In this document: piece by piece, positions 39,100 through 51,003 of the stretch
Layout: every line of letters begins with the position of its first letter
Position numbering within the stretch: position 1 is the first letter of the stretch
The notes under the pieces: generated by a model
The model's input: only the letters and a program-made list of their open reading frames with translations
Told to the model about the DNA's origin: nothing
Databases searched by the model: none
Made by a program: the position numbers and the translations under genes
DNA from: Callorhinchus milii
Taxonomy: Eukaryota
NCBI RefSeq assembly: GCF_018977255.1
Contig: NW_024704742.1
Span: forward strand, 104,410,001 to 104,474,000
Length of the DNA: 64,000 nucleotides
Direction of reading: 5' to 3'

Positions 39100-42000
39100 A
39101 CAACAAAATGACATTTGTATAGCGCCTTTCATGTTGGGAGGATGTCCGAAGGTCAGGGATTTGGACCCGAGCTGGGGGTCAGGATTGGGGAGGGTGGAGG
39201 ACAGGGAGGGTAGGAGGGTGACTGAAGGCTCGGTCGAAGAGGAGGGTTTTGAGACGCTTCTTGACGGAGGCGAGGGAGCGAGGTGAAGGTAATGTGGGAT
39301 GGAGTTCCAGAGGGTGGGGGCAGAAAGGCTGAAGGCCCGACCGCCGATTTTGGGATGGGCTGTGTGGAGGACAGGCTTAGAGGAAGGAGCGGACAGGTTT
39401 ATATGGGGTCAGTAGGTTGCAGAGGTAAGGAGGGGCAAGGCCATGGAGGGCCTTGAAGCCGAGGACGAGGATTTTGAACTCTATCCTCTGGGAAATGGTG
39501 AGCCAGTGGAGCCGGACGAGGGTGGGGGTGATGGGGTCACGGAGCCTGGTGCGGGAGAGGACACGAGCTGCAAAGTTCTGGATGATCTGCAGGTTGTGGA
39601 GGGAAGAGTTGGTAAGGCCGACAAGCAGGGAATTGGTGTAGTCAAACCTTGATGCGATGAATGTATGGATGAGGGTTTCGGTGGCTGAGGGGTGAGGCAG
39701 TGGCAGATCCAGGTGATGTTGTAGAGGTGGAGGAAGGCAGAGCAGGACATATGTGGAGGTGCTGACGGGAGCCAATCAGGAGAGCCTTGTTGACGTTTGA
39801 CGTTTGAGGAGATGCTGGATTTCCTTGAATCCAAAATCAAGGGAATTCGCTCCGCATTCACTTCCCCTTCAACATCCACCCACCCCCCACCCCCTCCCTC
39901 CCACACTCCAACTCCTACCCATCCCCCCCTACACACTTTCGTACCCGTTTCCCCACCCTCTGTCACCAACCTCATCCTGTCCCTGAAACCCACCACCTGC
40001 TCCCTTGACCCCATCCCCACTCCACTCCTTATCTCCCAGCTCCGCCTCCTTGCCCCACATATCACAGACATCGTCAACCTGTCCCTCTCCTCTGGCTCCG
40101 TTCCCATCCCTTAAAAACTGCCACCATCACTCCCACACTGAAAAAACCCTCCCTTGATACGTCGCAGCTATCAAGCTACCGGCCCATCTCCAACCTCCCC
40201 TTTCTGTCCAAGGTCCTGGAACAAGTTATCGCCTCCCAGCTGCGCTCTTTCCTCTCCACCCATTCACTATTCAAACCCCTTCAGTCGGGTTTCTGTGCTG
40301 TCTGGACATCCTGACCATCTGCGACCAGGGCTCCCTCTGCCTCCTCGTCCTCCTCGACCTATCAGCAGCATTCGATACAGTCGACCACGGTATCCTCCTC
40401 CACCGCCTGTCCTCCCACCTAAACCTTCAAGGCCCTGTCCTTGAGTGGTTTAGGTCGTACCTCTCCCACCGTCTTCACTTTGTCTCCACGAATGCTTTTT
40501 CCTCCGGTCCCCGCACTGTCTTGTGTGGTGTCCCTCAGGGCTCTGTCCTCGGTCCCCTCCTCTTCACCCTCTATATGCTCCCCGTTGGTGACATCATCCG
40601 CAGACATGGGGTTAACTTCCACATGTATGCGGATGATACCCAACTCTACCTCCTCTACCTCAACTCCACGACCACCGATGTCCTGACAGCTGCCTGTCCG
40701 ACATCGAGTCCTGGACGAGAGACAACTTTCTTCAGCTCAACGTGCGCAAAACTGAGGCCCTCCTGATTGGCTCACGTCAGCGCCTCCGCACCTCAGGCGC
40801 TGACAGCATCAGCATCCAAGGCTGCACTCTCCACCTCTCAAAGCCAGTCAGGAACCTCGGGGTTCTGTTCGACCCTGAGCTGTCCTTTCTCCCTCATATC
40901 CGCACCACAACTGGCACCGCCTTCCATCACCTCCGGAACATCGCCAGACTACGGCACTACCTCACCCCTCACGCTGCTGAAACTCTGGTCCACGCCTTTA
41001 TCACCTCAAGGCTGGACTATGGGAACTCTCTCCTCGCCGGCCTTCCCGCCACCTCCCTCCACAAGCTGCAGGTCATTCAGAACTCTGCAGCTCGTGTACT
41101 GTCCCGCACCAGGCTTCGGGACCACATCACTCCCACCCTCGCTCGCCTCCACTGGCTCCCCATCCCCCAGAGGATCGAATTCAAGATCCTCATCCTCACC
41201 TACAAGGCCATTCACGGCCTTGCTCCCTCCTACCTCTCCGACCTACTATCCCCCTACCTACCTGCCCGTACCCTCCGTTCCTCTGGCTCCGGTCTGCTCC
41301 ACATCCCCCGCCCCAACCGCCCTAACATCGGTGGCCGGGCCTTCAGCCTCTCAGCCCCCAGGCTCTGGAACTCTATCCCCCAGTGCCTTCGCCGCCTCCT
41401 CCCTTTCCTCCTTCAAGGCCGGTCTCAAGACCTTTCTCTTTGACCGAGCCTTCAGCTCCCCTCTCGACTCTCTACCCCCTCCTCGCTCCCTCCATTCCCT
41501 CCCCTCACCCTGACCATTTCCCCCCTGCTCGGGTCCTGACCCAACTGTACAGCGCCTTGGGACGTCCTCCCGACGTGAAAGGCGCTCTATAAATGGAATC
41601 TTGTTGTTGTTGTAGAAAGTTAGCTTTCATCCAGGACGATGTCTGACAGAGATTCTGTCAGCACAGCAGTGGTCCTGGAGTCAAGGGTGGAGGCAGAGAG
41701 GTAGAGTTAGGTGTCATCCGCAAACATGTGGAAGTTGACCAAGAGGGAGCATGTAGATATTGAAGAGTAAGAGACTGAGGACAGAGCCCTGAGGAATGCC
41801 ACACGAGACGGTGCGGGGGCTAGAGGAAAAGTCGTTTGTGGAGATGAAGTGGAGCCAGTGTGACAGGTAAGATCTGAACCATTCAAGGACAGAACCATGA
41901 AGGTTGAGGTGAGAGGAGAGGCAGTAGAAGAGGATAGAGTGGTCAACGGTATTGAAGGCAGCAGAAAGGTCAAGGAGGATGTGGAGGCAGATGGAGCTCT

Positions 42001-42620
42001 GGCTACAAATGGACAAAATGTCATTTGTTACTTTGACCAGGGCTGTTTCTGTGCTGTGGGAGGCATGGAAACCCGATTGGAGGGGTTCATGAAGGGAGTG
42101 GTGGGAGAGGAAGGAGAGAAGCTAGGAACCAACAACTTGTTCCAAGACCTTGGAAAGGAAAGGGAGGTTTGAGAGCAGGGATGGGTCCAGGGAGGGTTTT
42201 TTAAGGATAGGAGTAACGAAGGCTGTTTTTAAAGGGGTGGGAACAATGTCTGTGGACAGGCAATGTTATGATGTCTGCAAGTAGGGCGGCAAGGAGGTGG
42301 AGCTGGGAATTAAGGTGAGGGCTAGGGATGGTGTCGAGGGAGCAGGTGGTTGGTTTCATGTAGGTTATAATGGTGGTGAGAGAGGAGGGAGAGACAGGTT
42401 TGTCCCAGGAGGGATGGGTAAGGTGTGAAGGGGAGATGGGGAGGGGGTAGTAGATGGAAGGGCAGAGGCAGCTGAGCGGATCCCCTCGACTTTGGTTTTG
42501 AGTAAATCCAGCATCTCCTTGCAGTTGGCGTTGGAGGAGAGGATGGGCGAGGCAGGAGAGGGTGGGCGGAGGAGCTGGTTGGTGATGGAGAAGAGGAGGC
42601 TGGGGTTGGAGAAGGTCACA
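39100..42620 (-). mobile_element. Older L2 (minus strand) split into 39100-39795 and 41613-42620
   Basis: The two halves join into a sequence collinear with the 12915-14820 copy. Confidence 0.85.
39797..41612 (+). mobile_element. Young L2, ~1.8 kb, covering the RT region and 3' end
   Basis: [22 protein letters not shown] and YADD motifs; 233-aa C-terminal ORF; (GTT)n tail. Confidence 0.95.
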
Positions 42621-44184
42621 GAAATAAGGAGGTAATAGGGCTTTTAAAGGTAAAGGTGATGACCATATCATCCACACTAGACAAATGTAGGCCTTTCAAT
42701 TCTCTCCCTTCCAACATCCCAAAGGGATTTAGATATACACCTGCTGAAGGTGAAGCAGGTTAATAGAAATGTCCATTTCACTGTGCAGACTGGGAATACC
42801 TGCCATTGCAGACTGACATTGCACAATTGGCTAACATTGCATAATTGGGCAGGGCTCAGTTGAGAGACCAGGTGGGTCCTCTAGCCACCCTTGTATAAAA
42901 AACAAACACCCTGATAATTATAGCTCATAAATCATAATACACACAAAAGAATTTCCTGTGGTGGGTGTGGTACCAGAATAATGTTATCCCAGCTCAGCTC
43001 TCCCATCTTCATTGCACCACTAGTATCTTTCAATGGATAGATGCCCTCAACAAATTGTTAATTTTGGGTTTGGTAATAAACATGGCAAACCATTGTGCTT
43101 TACACCCTCCTTAGTGGAGCTGCAATTTGTTTCTAAATGATGCAATCTGATCTATGTGAGTTGTTCTCTTTTCCCTTAGGAATCCTCATTAAAACTACAG
43201 TGTTCGGGAAGCCCCGAATGTGTAGTGGATAGAGCTCTACCTTATAGGCTCGTAGCTTGCTGGTTCAAATTGGCAAGGTGTCAGACTTGCTCAGTTGGTT
43301 GTCTCTGCGTTAGAAAGTTGTGGGTTCAAGCCCCACATTAGGAGGACTTTGAATCAGTCTAGGTTGACCCTCCAGTGCAGTGCTGGAGGACTATTACATT
43401 GTCAAAGGTGCTATCCTTTGGATGAGATGTTAAAACATGAGGTCCGTCTCCCTGTTCAGGTTGATTTTAAAGATTCTATGGCACTATTCGAAAAGAGAAC
43501 AGTGTGGAGGGGGGGAGAGAAGTAAATTTTAAAATGACAGTCAGGATGGTTAGAAAACATTTCTTTATTGAAAGGATTGTGAAAATATGGAATGCACTAG
43601 TCCAGAAAGTGTAGAAGGAGAATCAATTGGGTTGCTTAAAAGGGAGATACATAAGTCAGATACTTTATAATGCATTATCTCATTTTGGATGCTAACTGTT
43701 GGGTTACGGTAGGGCAAGGAAATGGTATTAAATGGCCTTGCCCTATTCCTATCTTTGTAAATAGAATTTACTTGACGGGAATTTCCAAATCTAGGAGGGA
43801 TGAATTGAACTCTCAGTTTGGTTTGGAAATTCGGGAACGCTCTTCCTTTATCCCTCCACCTTGCCCCTTCCTTTCCCATCTTCAGGTCGCACATGAAGAC
43901 ATTCCTATTCGACCGTGCCTACGGTCACCCCCCCCTCCCCTCGGCTCAGTGTCATGCTCCGCCAGTACCCAGTGTGAGGGGCGCTGTATAAACATAAGTT
44001 ATTGTTGTAGTTGTAGAGGCCAGGACACTGGACTGATTTAAAAAGCAGCTTGATACAGTGATGGTGGGGGGGTATAGTGGGGGTATTGGCAACCTGTTCC
44101 AGTCATTGATTACTCTCTGAAAGAAAAACTTCCTGGTGTCTGTCCTGAAATTGCCCTTTACAACATTAAACCTATGTCATCTCC

Positions 44185-45935
44185 TACTAAAAGTATTGAT
44201 CCTCGTTTACCGCCCCCCAAAACCCCTTGGCTCCTTCCTCTTTGATACCGTTGTGCTCCTCTCCCCGTCTGCTCATAATGGGCGACTTCAACTTCCACCT
44301 AAACTCCCCTTGCGCCACATTCTCAGATTTCACTGCTCTCCTCTCCTCCCTAAACCTCACCCTCCACATCAACTCACCGACCCAAAACCGTGGCCACCCC
44401 TTCCATCTTGTCATCACATATGGCCTGTGCATCACGGACAAGGCCATCTTGGACCACTTCCTCATCTCTGTCACCTCTCGCATCGCTCTCCCCTCCATCA
44501 AGACCTCAACCATACTTTTCCGCCCATGGAAAAGGCTTCCCCCCAAGTCCCTCTCACCCTCAGACCTCCTATCCCTCTGGCCTTCCAGCTGCTCCATTCT
44601 CGCCTCTCCTCCACCTTCAACTCCCTCGTCCCCCTGAAATTCATGACCGGCTCCCCCTGGTACAACAACCATCTACGTTCCCTGAAGTTCCAAACCCGGT
44701 TGCTCGAGCACAGGTGCCAGAAAAACAGCCTCATGGTTCGCCAGCAGCTGTGGCTCGAGCATCTTCACACCTACCGCCGCTCCCTGTCACAAGCAAAAAC
44801 TGCACACTACTCAAACGTCATATTGGAGGCCAACAATAACTCCAAAATCCTATTCTCCACCAACCACCACCTCCCCCTCAAGCATCACATCTAATGCCAA
44901 ATGCAAAGAGGTCATGGATTTTCTTACCTCTAAAATTGGCAACTTCTGCCTGGTAGCTTCATCCCTCTGGCCCGTGTCACCTACCACCACCTCCATTCTG
45001 TTTCCCTCACCCACCCCCGCCCTCAGTTCCTATCACGGCCCCCACCCTACATTCATTTGGCCCTATCTCTCCTTCCTCCCTCTCATCCACGATAACCACA
45101 ATGAAATCCACCACCTGCTGCCTCAAACCCCTCACTCCCCAATTGCTGATCACTCATTACCGATTACTCCAGTCCTTGCCAAACTCCACTGGCTCCCTGT
45201 CACAGAGCGGATCGACTTCAATTTAAACACTCTAGTGTTTAAATCCCTCCATTCCTTGGCATCCCCCTATCCACGATAACCTAACCTTCTCCTTCCCCAC
45301 AGCAGTACTGTAGAGAACTTGTGGAGTCCTGTAGCTCAGTGGTTAGAGCACTCACTTTGCAAATGAGAGACCTGAGTTCAATTCCAGGCAGAGGGCGAAA
45401 CCTTGGGCAAGTTTCCTTACTCCACACACCTAATAATAATCCCTCCAAAACCCAAAACAATAATAAATTGGTCATTTTCAATCCATGACTGTTTGTGGGA
45501 TATTGCTGTGCGCAATTGGCTGCCGCGTTCGCCCACAAATATACAGTCAATTCACTTTACAGTGTGTTCTGTGAAGCACTTTGGGACGTCTCGAAGATGT
45601 GAAAAGCGCTATATCAAATGCAAGGATTATTATTTTTTACTCGCTGCCTCCGCTCTACCGGGTCCGGCCTCCTCCTCGTCCCCCGAATCCTTTGCTCTAC
45701 CATCGGCAGCCGGGCGTTCAGCCACTACACCCCAAAACTTTGGAACTCCCTCCCTCAACCCCTTCGCCTCGCCCCCTCCTTCCCCATCTTCAGGTCGTGC
45801 CTGAAGACCTTCCTTTTTGACCGCACCTACGGTCACCTTCCCCCTCCCCCAGACTCGGCCTCGGGCTCCACCATTGTCAAGCGCTCTGAGCTGCCGCCCG
45901 GCGTGGAGAGCGCTGTATAAAAGTAAGTTGTTGCT
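44185..45935 (+). mobile_element. Decayed L2 (endonuclease remnant to 3' tail) interrupted by a SINE at 45322-45635
   Basis: VYRPP, MGDFNFHLN, SPWY and LAKLHWLP motifs; tail near 45905-45935. Confidence 0.85.
45322..45635 (+). mobile_element. tRNA-derived SINE, short subfamily
   Basis: Near-identical to the 9845 and 51880 copies. Confidence 0.93.
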
Positions 45936-45949
45936 GTACTGGAGGGTTG

Positions 45950-46700
45950 AGATCTGATGGCCCAAGAACCAATCTTGTGACACACGCAGGAGGGTCAGTC
46001 AATCAAAGATCACGTGACCTCACCACTGGTCCTAATCCCGCCCACGTCCTCGTACGTCAGATGGCACGAAGCACCAGCCCCGCCTTGTCACACAATCGCC
46101 TGATCGCCAAGCCCCGCCTCCACCGCGCTCGATTGGTTCAGTGACCTGTCATTGGCAGAGTGCCGCCCCAGACTGCCTGTCGGTCAAGTGACGTCACCCG
46201 CGCACGAGCTGCCAACTCAAATGTTTGCGGAAAGATTCTGAGTAACGGACATAGCGCGAGACCGGTACCCGGTAACCTGCACTGCCAGAGAGAGAGAGAC
46301 CGGCACCCGGTAACCTGCACTGCCAGAGAGAGAGAGAGAGAGACCGGCACCCGGTAACCTGCACTGCCAGAGAGAGAGACCGGCACCCGGTAACCTGCAC
46401 TGCCAGAGAGAGAGAGAGAGACCGGCACCCGGTAACCTGCACTGAGAGAGAGTAACCGGCACCAGTGGGAAGACCGGGACCAGCGGCACAGGAGAGCCCT
46501 GTCCTCGTAAATCATTGGCTCTGTGCGGTTCAGTCACTGCACTGAGTGAGGTACTTGTTGGATGAGGTTGTGGTTCTCAGCCACTTTTCTCCCTCTGCTC
46601 CTCGCCAACCGACAGACACTGACCGACTCTAAACCACCTTTTGCTCTCCTCGTGCTCGACAGGTGGGTTGATGTTTCTGAGCACTCGGGGGTGGTTTAGT
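45950..46700 (+). promoter_or_regulatory. STARD4: CpG-rich promoter and probable non-coding first exon of STARD4
   Basis: The clearest non-TE CpG-dense stretch in the window. CCAAT 45969, ATTGG 46132/46151/46514, GC boxes near 46037/46078/46112, E-box ATCACGTGAC 46009-46018, CRE palindrome GTGACGTCAC 46188-46197, candidate donor CAG|GTGGGT at 46662/46663. Confidence 0.8.
46258..46462. repeat. Composite minisatellite: 5 copies of ACCGGYACCCGGTAACCTGCACTG(CCA) separated by variable (GA)n
   Basis: Read directly; the cores are near-identical and the GA tracts differ in length. Confidence 0.97.
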
Positions 46701-47349
46701 TGCATAGACTGTTTGGTCTCTGTCAGTTGTGGTAAACTTCAATTTGCTCAGCTTCAGTAAATGTTTCCCCTCCTTCCACACCTGTCTGACCTATTTAGGT
46801 CTTCCTGTTAACACTACCTCAACCTTTCATCTTCTGTGTATTTTGTCCGCAACGTTTCGCCCACTTTAGAGTATATTATGTGAAGCATTTTGACATGTCT
46901 CAACGATGTGATCAGGTGCTATATTAAATGTAAGGATTATTATTATTAACTGTATTTTGATCTGCAAAATGCACAGTGGCAACATTTTATGGAATATATT
47001 GTGAATCGCTTTGAGATGTTTCAATGTTGTGATAAGGCACTATATCAAATACAAGGATTATTATAATAGAATAACTGGTAGTCGATCAGTTCATCCCTTT
47101 TTGTGGGTGACTGTTTTCAGTCATAGCCTAGGCATCTAATCACTTTGTTGCCACTTTATGTAGAGCACTCCTTGGGATGAAAAATGTAGTATGTCATGAC
47201 AATAATTGTTATCGTGAAGGGTTATCACAACGTCTGAGATTTTGCCCACTCGGACATTGAGAGAATCCAATCAACATTTGACCCCACGGGGGAACACCCT
47301 TCTCCCTTTGAAGATTTTTTTCCCCTAAAAGCAGCATGCTATGGCCACA

Positions 47350-48590
47350 TGGAGTCCTGTCTCTCAGTGGTTAGAGCACTCGCCTTGCAAGCGAGTCACC
47401 TGGGTTCAATTCCCGGCAGGGCGAAACCTTGGGCAAGTTTCCTTATTCCACACGCCTAATAATAATCCCTCCAAAAAAACAAAACAATAATAAATTGGCA
47501 TTTTTAATCCACGACTGTTTGTGGGACACTGCTGTGCGCAATTGGCTGCCGCGTTTCGCCCACAAATATATGGTCAATTCAACAACAACAACAACAAGAT
47601 TCCATTTATAAAGCGCCTTTCACGTCAGGAGGACGTCCCAAGGCGCTGCACAGTTGGGTCATGACCCGAGCAGGGGAGAAATGGTCAGGGTGAGGGGAGG
47701 GAAGGGAGGGAGCGAGGAGGGGGAAATGGTCAGGGTGAGGGGAGGGAAGGGAGGGAGCGAGGAGGGGGGAAATGGTCAGGGTGAGGGGAGGGAAGGGAGG
47801 GAGCGAGGAGGGGAAGAGAGTCGAGAGGGGAGCTGAAGGCTCGGTCAAAGAGAAAGGTTTTGAGACCGGCCTTGAAGGAGGAAAGGGAGGAGGCGGCGAA
47901 GGCACTGGGGGATGGAGTTCCAGAGCCTCGGGGCTGAGAGGCTGAAGGCCCGACCACCGATGGTAGGGCGGTTGGGGCGGGGGACGTGGAGCAGACCGGA
48001 GCCAGAGGAACGGAGGGTACGGGCAGGTAGATAGGGGGATAGTAGGTCGGAGAGGTAGGAGGGAGCATGGCCGTGAATGGCCTTGTAGGTGAGGATGAGG
48101 ATCTTGAAATCAATCCTCTGGGGGATGGGGAGCCAGTGGAGGTGAGCGAGGGTGGGAGTGATGTGGTCCCGAAGCCTGGTGCGGGACAGTACACGAGCTG
48201 CAGAGTTCTGAATGACCTGCAGTGTGGAGGGAGGTGGCGGGAAGGCCGACGAGGAGAGAGTTCCCATAGTCCAGCCTTGAGGTGATAAAGGCGTGAACCA
48301 GGGTTTCAGCAGCGTGAGGGGTGAGGTAGTGCCGTAGTCTGGCGATGTTCCGGAGGTGATGGAAGGCGGTGCCAGTTGTGGTGCGGATGTGAGGGAGAAA
48401 GGACAGCTCAGGGTCGAACAAAACGCCGAGGTTCCTGACTGGCTTTGAGAGGTGGAGAGTGCAGCCTTGGATGCTGATGGTGTCAGCGCCTGAGGTGCAC
48501 TTTGCACTTTGCAGTCTATTCTGTGAAGCGCTTTGAGATGTCGAGAAGAAGTGAAAAGCGCTATATCAAATGCAAGGATTATTATTATTA
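47350..48590 (+). mobile_element. SINE split by an L2 insertion (47350-47580 and ~48499-48590)
   Basis: ...ggtcaattc and actttgcagtctattctgtg rejoin into the family consensus. Confidence 0.9.
47581..48497 (-). mobile_element. Young L2 3' fragment nested in a SINE
   Basis: Near-identical to 40787-41612; (CAA)n at 47581. Confidence 0.95.
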
Positions 48591-48692
48591 TAGAGATCAC
48601 CCTTAAGACTTTTTGTCCATCTGCTGTACAAACTGAGTTAAGCAGGTATTCCCAAATGGAAAGGCACCAAAATCCTGGGATCTGCATGGTAG

Positions 48693-49060
48693 CAACAACA
48701 ACAAAATAGTTACATTTGTATAGCACCTTTCACGTCCCAAGGCGCTGAACAAACAGAGTTACGGACCCGAGCTGAGGGTTGGGGTGGGGGAGGGTGGAGG
48801 TCAGGAGGGGAGGCAGGGAGATCAAAAGCATGGTCGAAGAGGAGGGTCTTGAGGTGGGTCTTGAAGGTGGCAAGAGAGGGGGTAAGGCGGAGGGATTGCG
48901 GGATGGAGTTCCAGAGAGTGGGTGCAGAGTGGCGGAAGGCCCGCCTGCTGATGGTGGTCAAGTAAGGCGGAGATGTGAAGCAGGCCGGATCCCACTAAGC
49001 GGAGGGAACGAACAGGGTGGTAGGGGGTTAGGAGGTCGGAGAGGTAGGGGGGAACAAGAC
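48693..49060 (-). mobile_element. L2 3' fragment
   Basis: PPYLSDLLTPY and LWNSIPQSL motifs with tail. Confidence 0.85.
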
Positions 49061-49857
49061 CGAAATGCAGCAATTAATTGAGCACAGCAGTGTCATGGAT
49101 TGATTGACAAATTGACTATTTTTTTTTTGAAGGAATTATTACCTCCGTAAAGCGATCTGCCAATTGACTAACAACCGGGTTCCTACTTACTGCTAGGTAA
49201 ACAGAGGCAGGTGGAGTAAGGAAACTTGCCCAAAGGTTCGCCCTGCTGGGAATCAAACACGGGTCTCTTTTTCCTTATTTTAGATTTATTTTTGGACTTG
49301 CCTTTTTATATGTTCACAAATTCCATTCTGGTTTATAAACTCCAGATTATTAACAGCTGAGGTTGGACTAATTGACCTGTTTATTCTTTTTCCACTTTTT
49401 TAAAAAACTTTTTCCACCTTTCAATTGTTTGACACAATTCTTATTTCCAAAGAATATAAGCAATGAGATGTAACATCATTATTCAAATGGTAATCAACTC
49501 TGAATTATTTTAACAGTTAGATAAAATTAAAAATTTATGGCCTTATTTAGACTTTTAAAAACAACATAGTTACAACATAAATATGATGCACAAGAAGCCC
49601 ATGAAGTGTACTCCCAGAGCAATCCCGCTACTTCCCTCCCACCCAATATTTTATTTGTGCTTTTCTCCTGGTGCTGATCACCTAGTACCATTCTGGGATG
49701 TTTAACATCTCTGAACTTCTCTGTGTGTAATGCTAGATCAATTCACAAGTATTTTGGTTGATAAAACGTATTTTGCTAATCTCATGAATTCAGCCTAAAA
49801 CAGTGAGGAGGGAGTAAACATCTGCTCTGTTTTCTATTGTTGCAGTTTAAACTCAAT

Positions 49858-49962
49858 ATGGAACATTTACCTGATACACAAATTCTGGCTTCAGAACTTG
49901 AAAGTACTCTTATTAAGTACTACAACATCGGGGAGGATGAATGGAGAATTGGAAAGAAAACT
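49858..49962 (+). CDS. STARD4: STARD4 coding exon 1 (MEHLPDTQILASELESTLIKYYNIGEDEWRIGKKT)
   Basis: Acceptor tttctattgttgcag ends at 49845, ATG at 49858, donor gtaagt at 49963. The 105 nt translate to a peptide resembling the recalled STARD4 N-terminus (..LKNTLIQYHSIEEDKWRVAKKT). Confidence 0.93.
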
Positions 49963-50269
49963 GTAAGTGCCCCTTATACATTATCAGATCTCATATGAAT
50001 CTTTATGTATCAGCGATTGTTTTTATTGTCATTCTTGATTAATCCCAGTAGTAGTGGTAGTATATTCATTCTTAAACGGCCTTCAGCTTCTAATGGTAGT
50101 GAAGTATTTAATTATTCACCACTGCTGAAATAAGAAGCATTGCAAGACTACTCTTGTACATTAAATAGCTGAATCAAAAGCTCATGAGCAGTATTAATGA
50201 AGAAAACCTTTTGGCTCATTTGATCTCATCCTTTCAGAATATGCCATCTTCCGGTTGCAGCATTGAATG

Positions 50270-50452
50270 GGTCCTGGATCAATTAAAATTTTCAAGACTG
50301 AGGTGGATAGATATTTGTTAGGTAAGCGTATCAAGGGATATGGGGCAAGGGCGGATAATTGGAGTTGAGGTACAGATCAGCCATGGTCTTATAGAATGGC
50401 GTAATGGGCTCGAGGGGCTGCATGGACTACTCCTGTTCCTATGTTCCTATGA
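50270..50452 (+). mobile_element. CR1 3' fragment in a STARD4 intron
   Basis: FKTEVDRYL remnant and (TTCCTATG)n-like tail. Confidence 0.8.
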
Positions 50453-50953
50453 GTTTGCATGGGATAAATATAGACCTGATGTTATACCTCATTTGCAAGT
50501 ACAGTACCATCAGCATTTATGAGTCTATGAGTAAGAAGCTGCCCTTGCTATTTGCATCACTTATGAAATGGGGGTTGCAACATTCTTATTCAACCTCAAA
50601 TGCATGCTTTGAGCTACTTAAAGTGAGGGTTTAAGTTTATTTTGACTACTTAAAAAATATGATGGATGAAGAATTATACTGAAAAATTATAATTTTGTTT
50701 TATACTTAGACAACACCTGTTGCACTACTTACTGAATCTTCATCCTAGAATAAACTGGCAAACCCACAGCTTATTGCAATTAGATTTTCAAATTGTGTTA
50801 TTGTGCGAATACAGATTTAATTAATTTAGGTTGGCAACTTCTAGTGAAAATCAGAAAAACTATCTTTTGGTGAAACTTTAATAATATGCTACTGTATGAA
50901 CAAATGAATTTTGTTCATTTTATATTGAAAATATTTTGTTTCTTGCCTTTTAG

Positions 50954-51003
50954 GTGGATGTCACTGTTTGGAGAAAACCTTCTGAAGAATTTGGTGGATT
51001 TCT
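50954..51003 (+). CDS. STARD4: STARD4 coding exon 2 (VDVTVWRKPSEEFGGFL)
   Basis: Acceptor tcttgccttttag, donor gtaagt at 51004, 50 nt. Matches the STARD4 motif DVTVWRKPSEEF. Confidence 0.95.

Noticed and set aside
1..45900. Exons of the neighbouring genes expected from human synteny (NREP upstream, CAMK4 downstream)
   Set aside because: No recognisable coding exon was found by eye; very short exons could have been missed.
46258..46462. CRISPR-like repeat-spacer appearance
   Set aside because: The spacers are only (GA)n, there are no cas genes, and the context is a vertebrate promoter.
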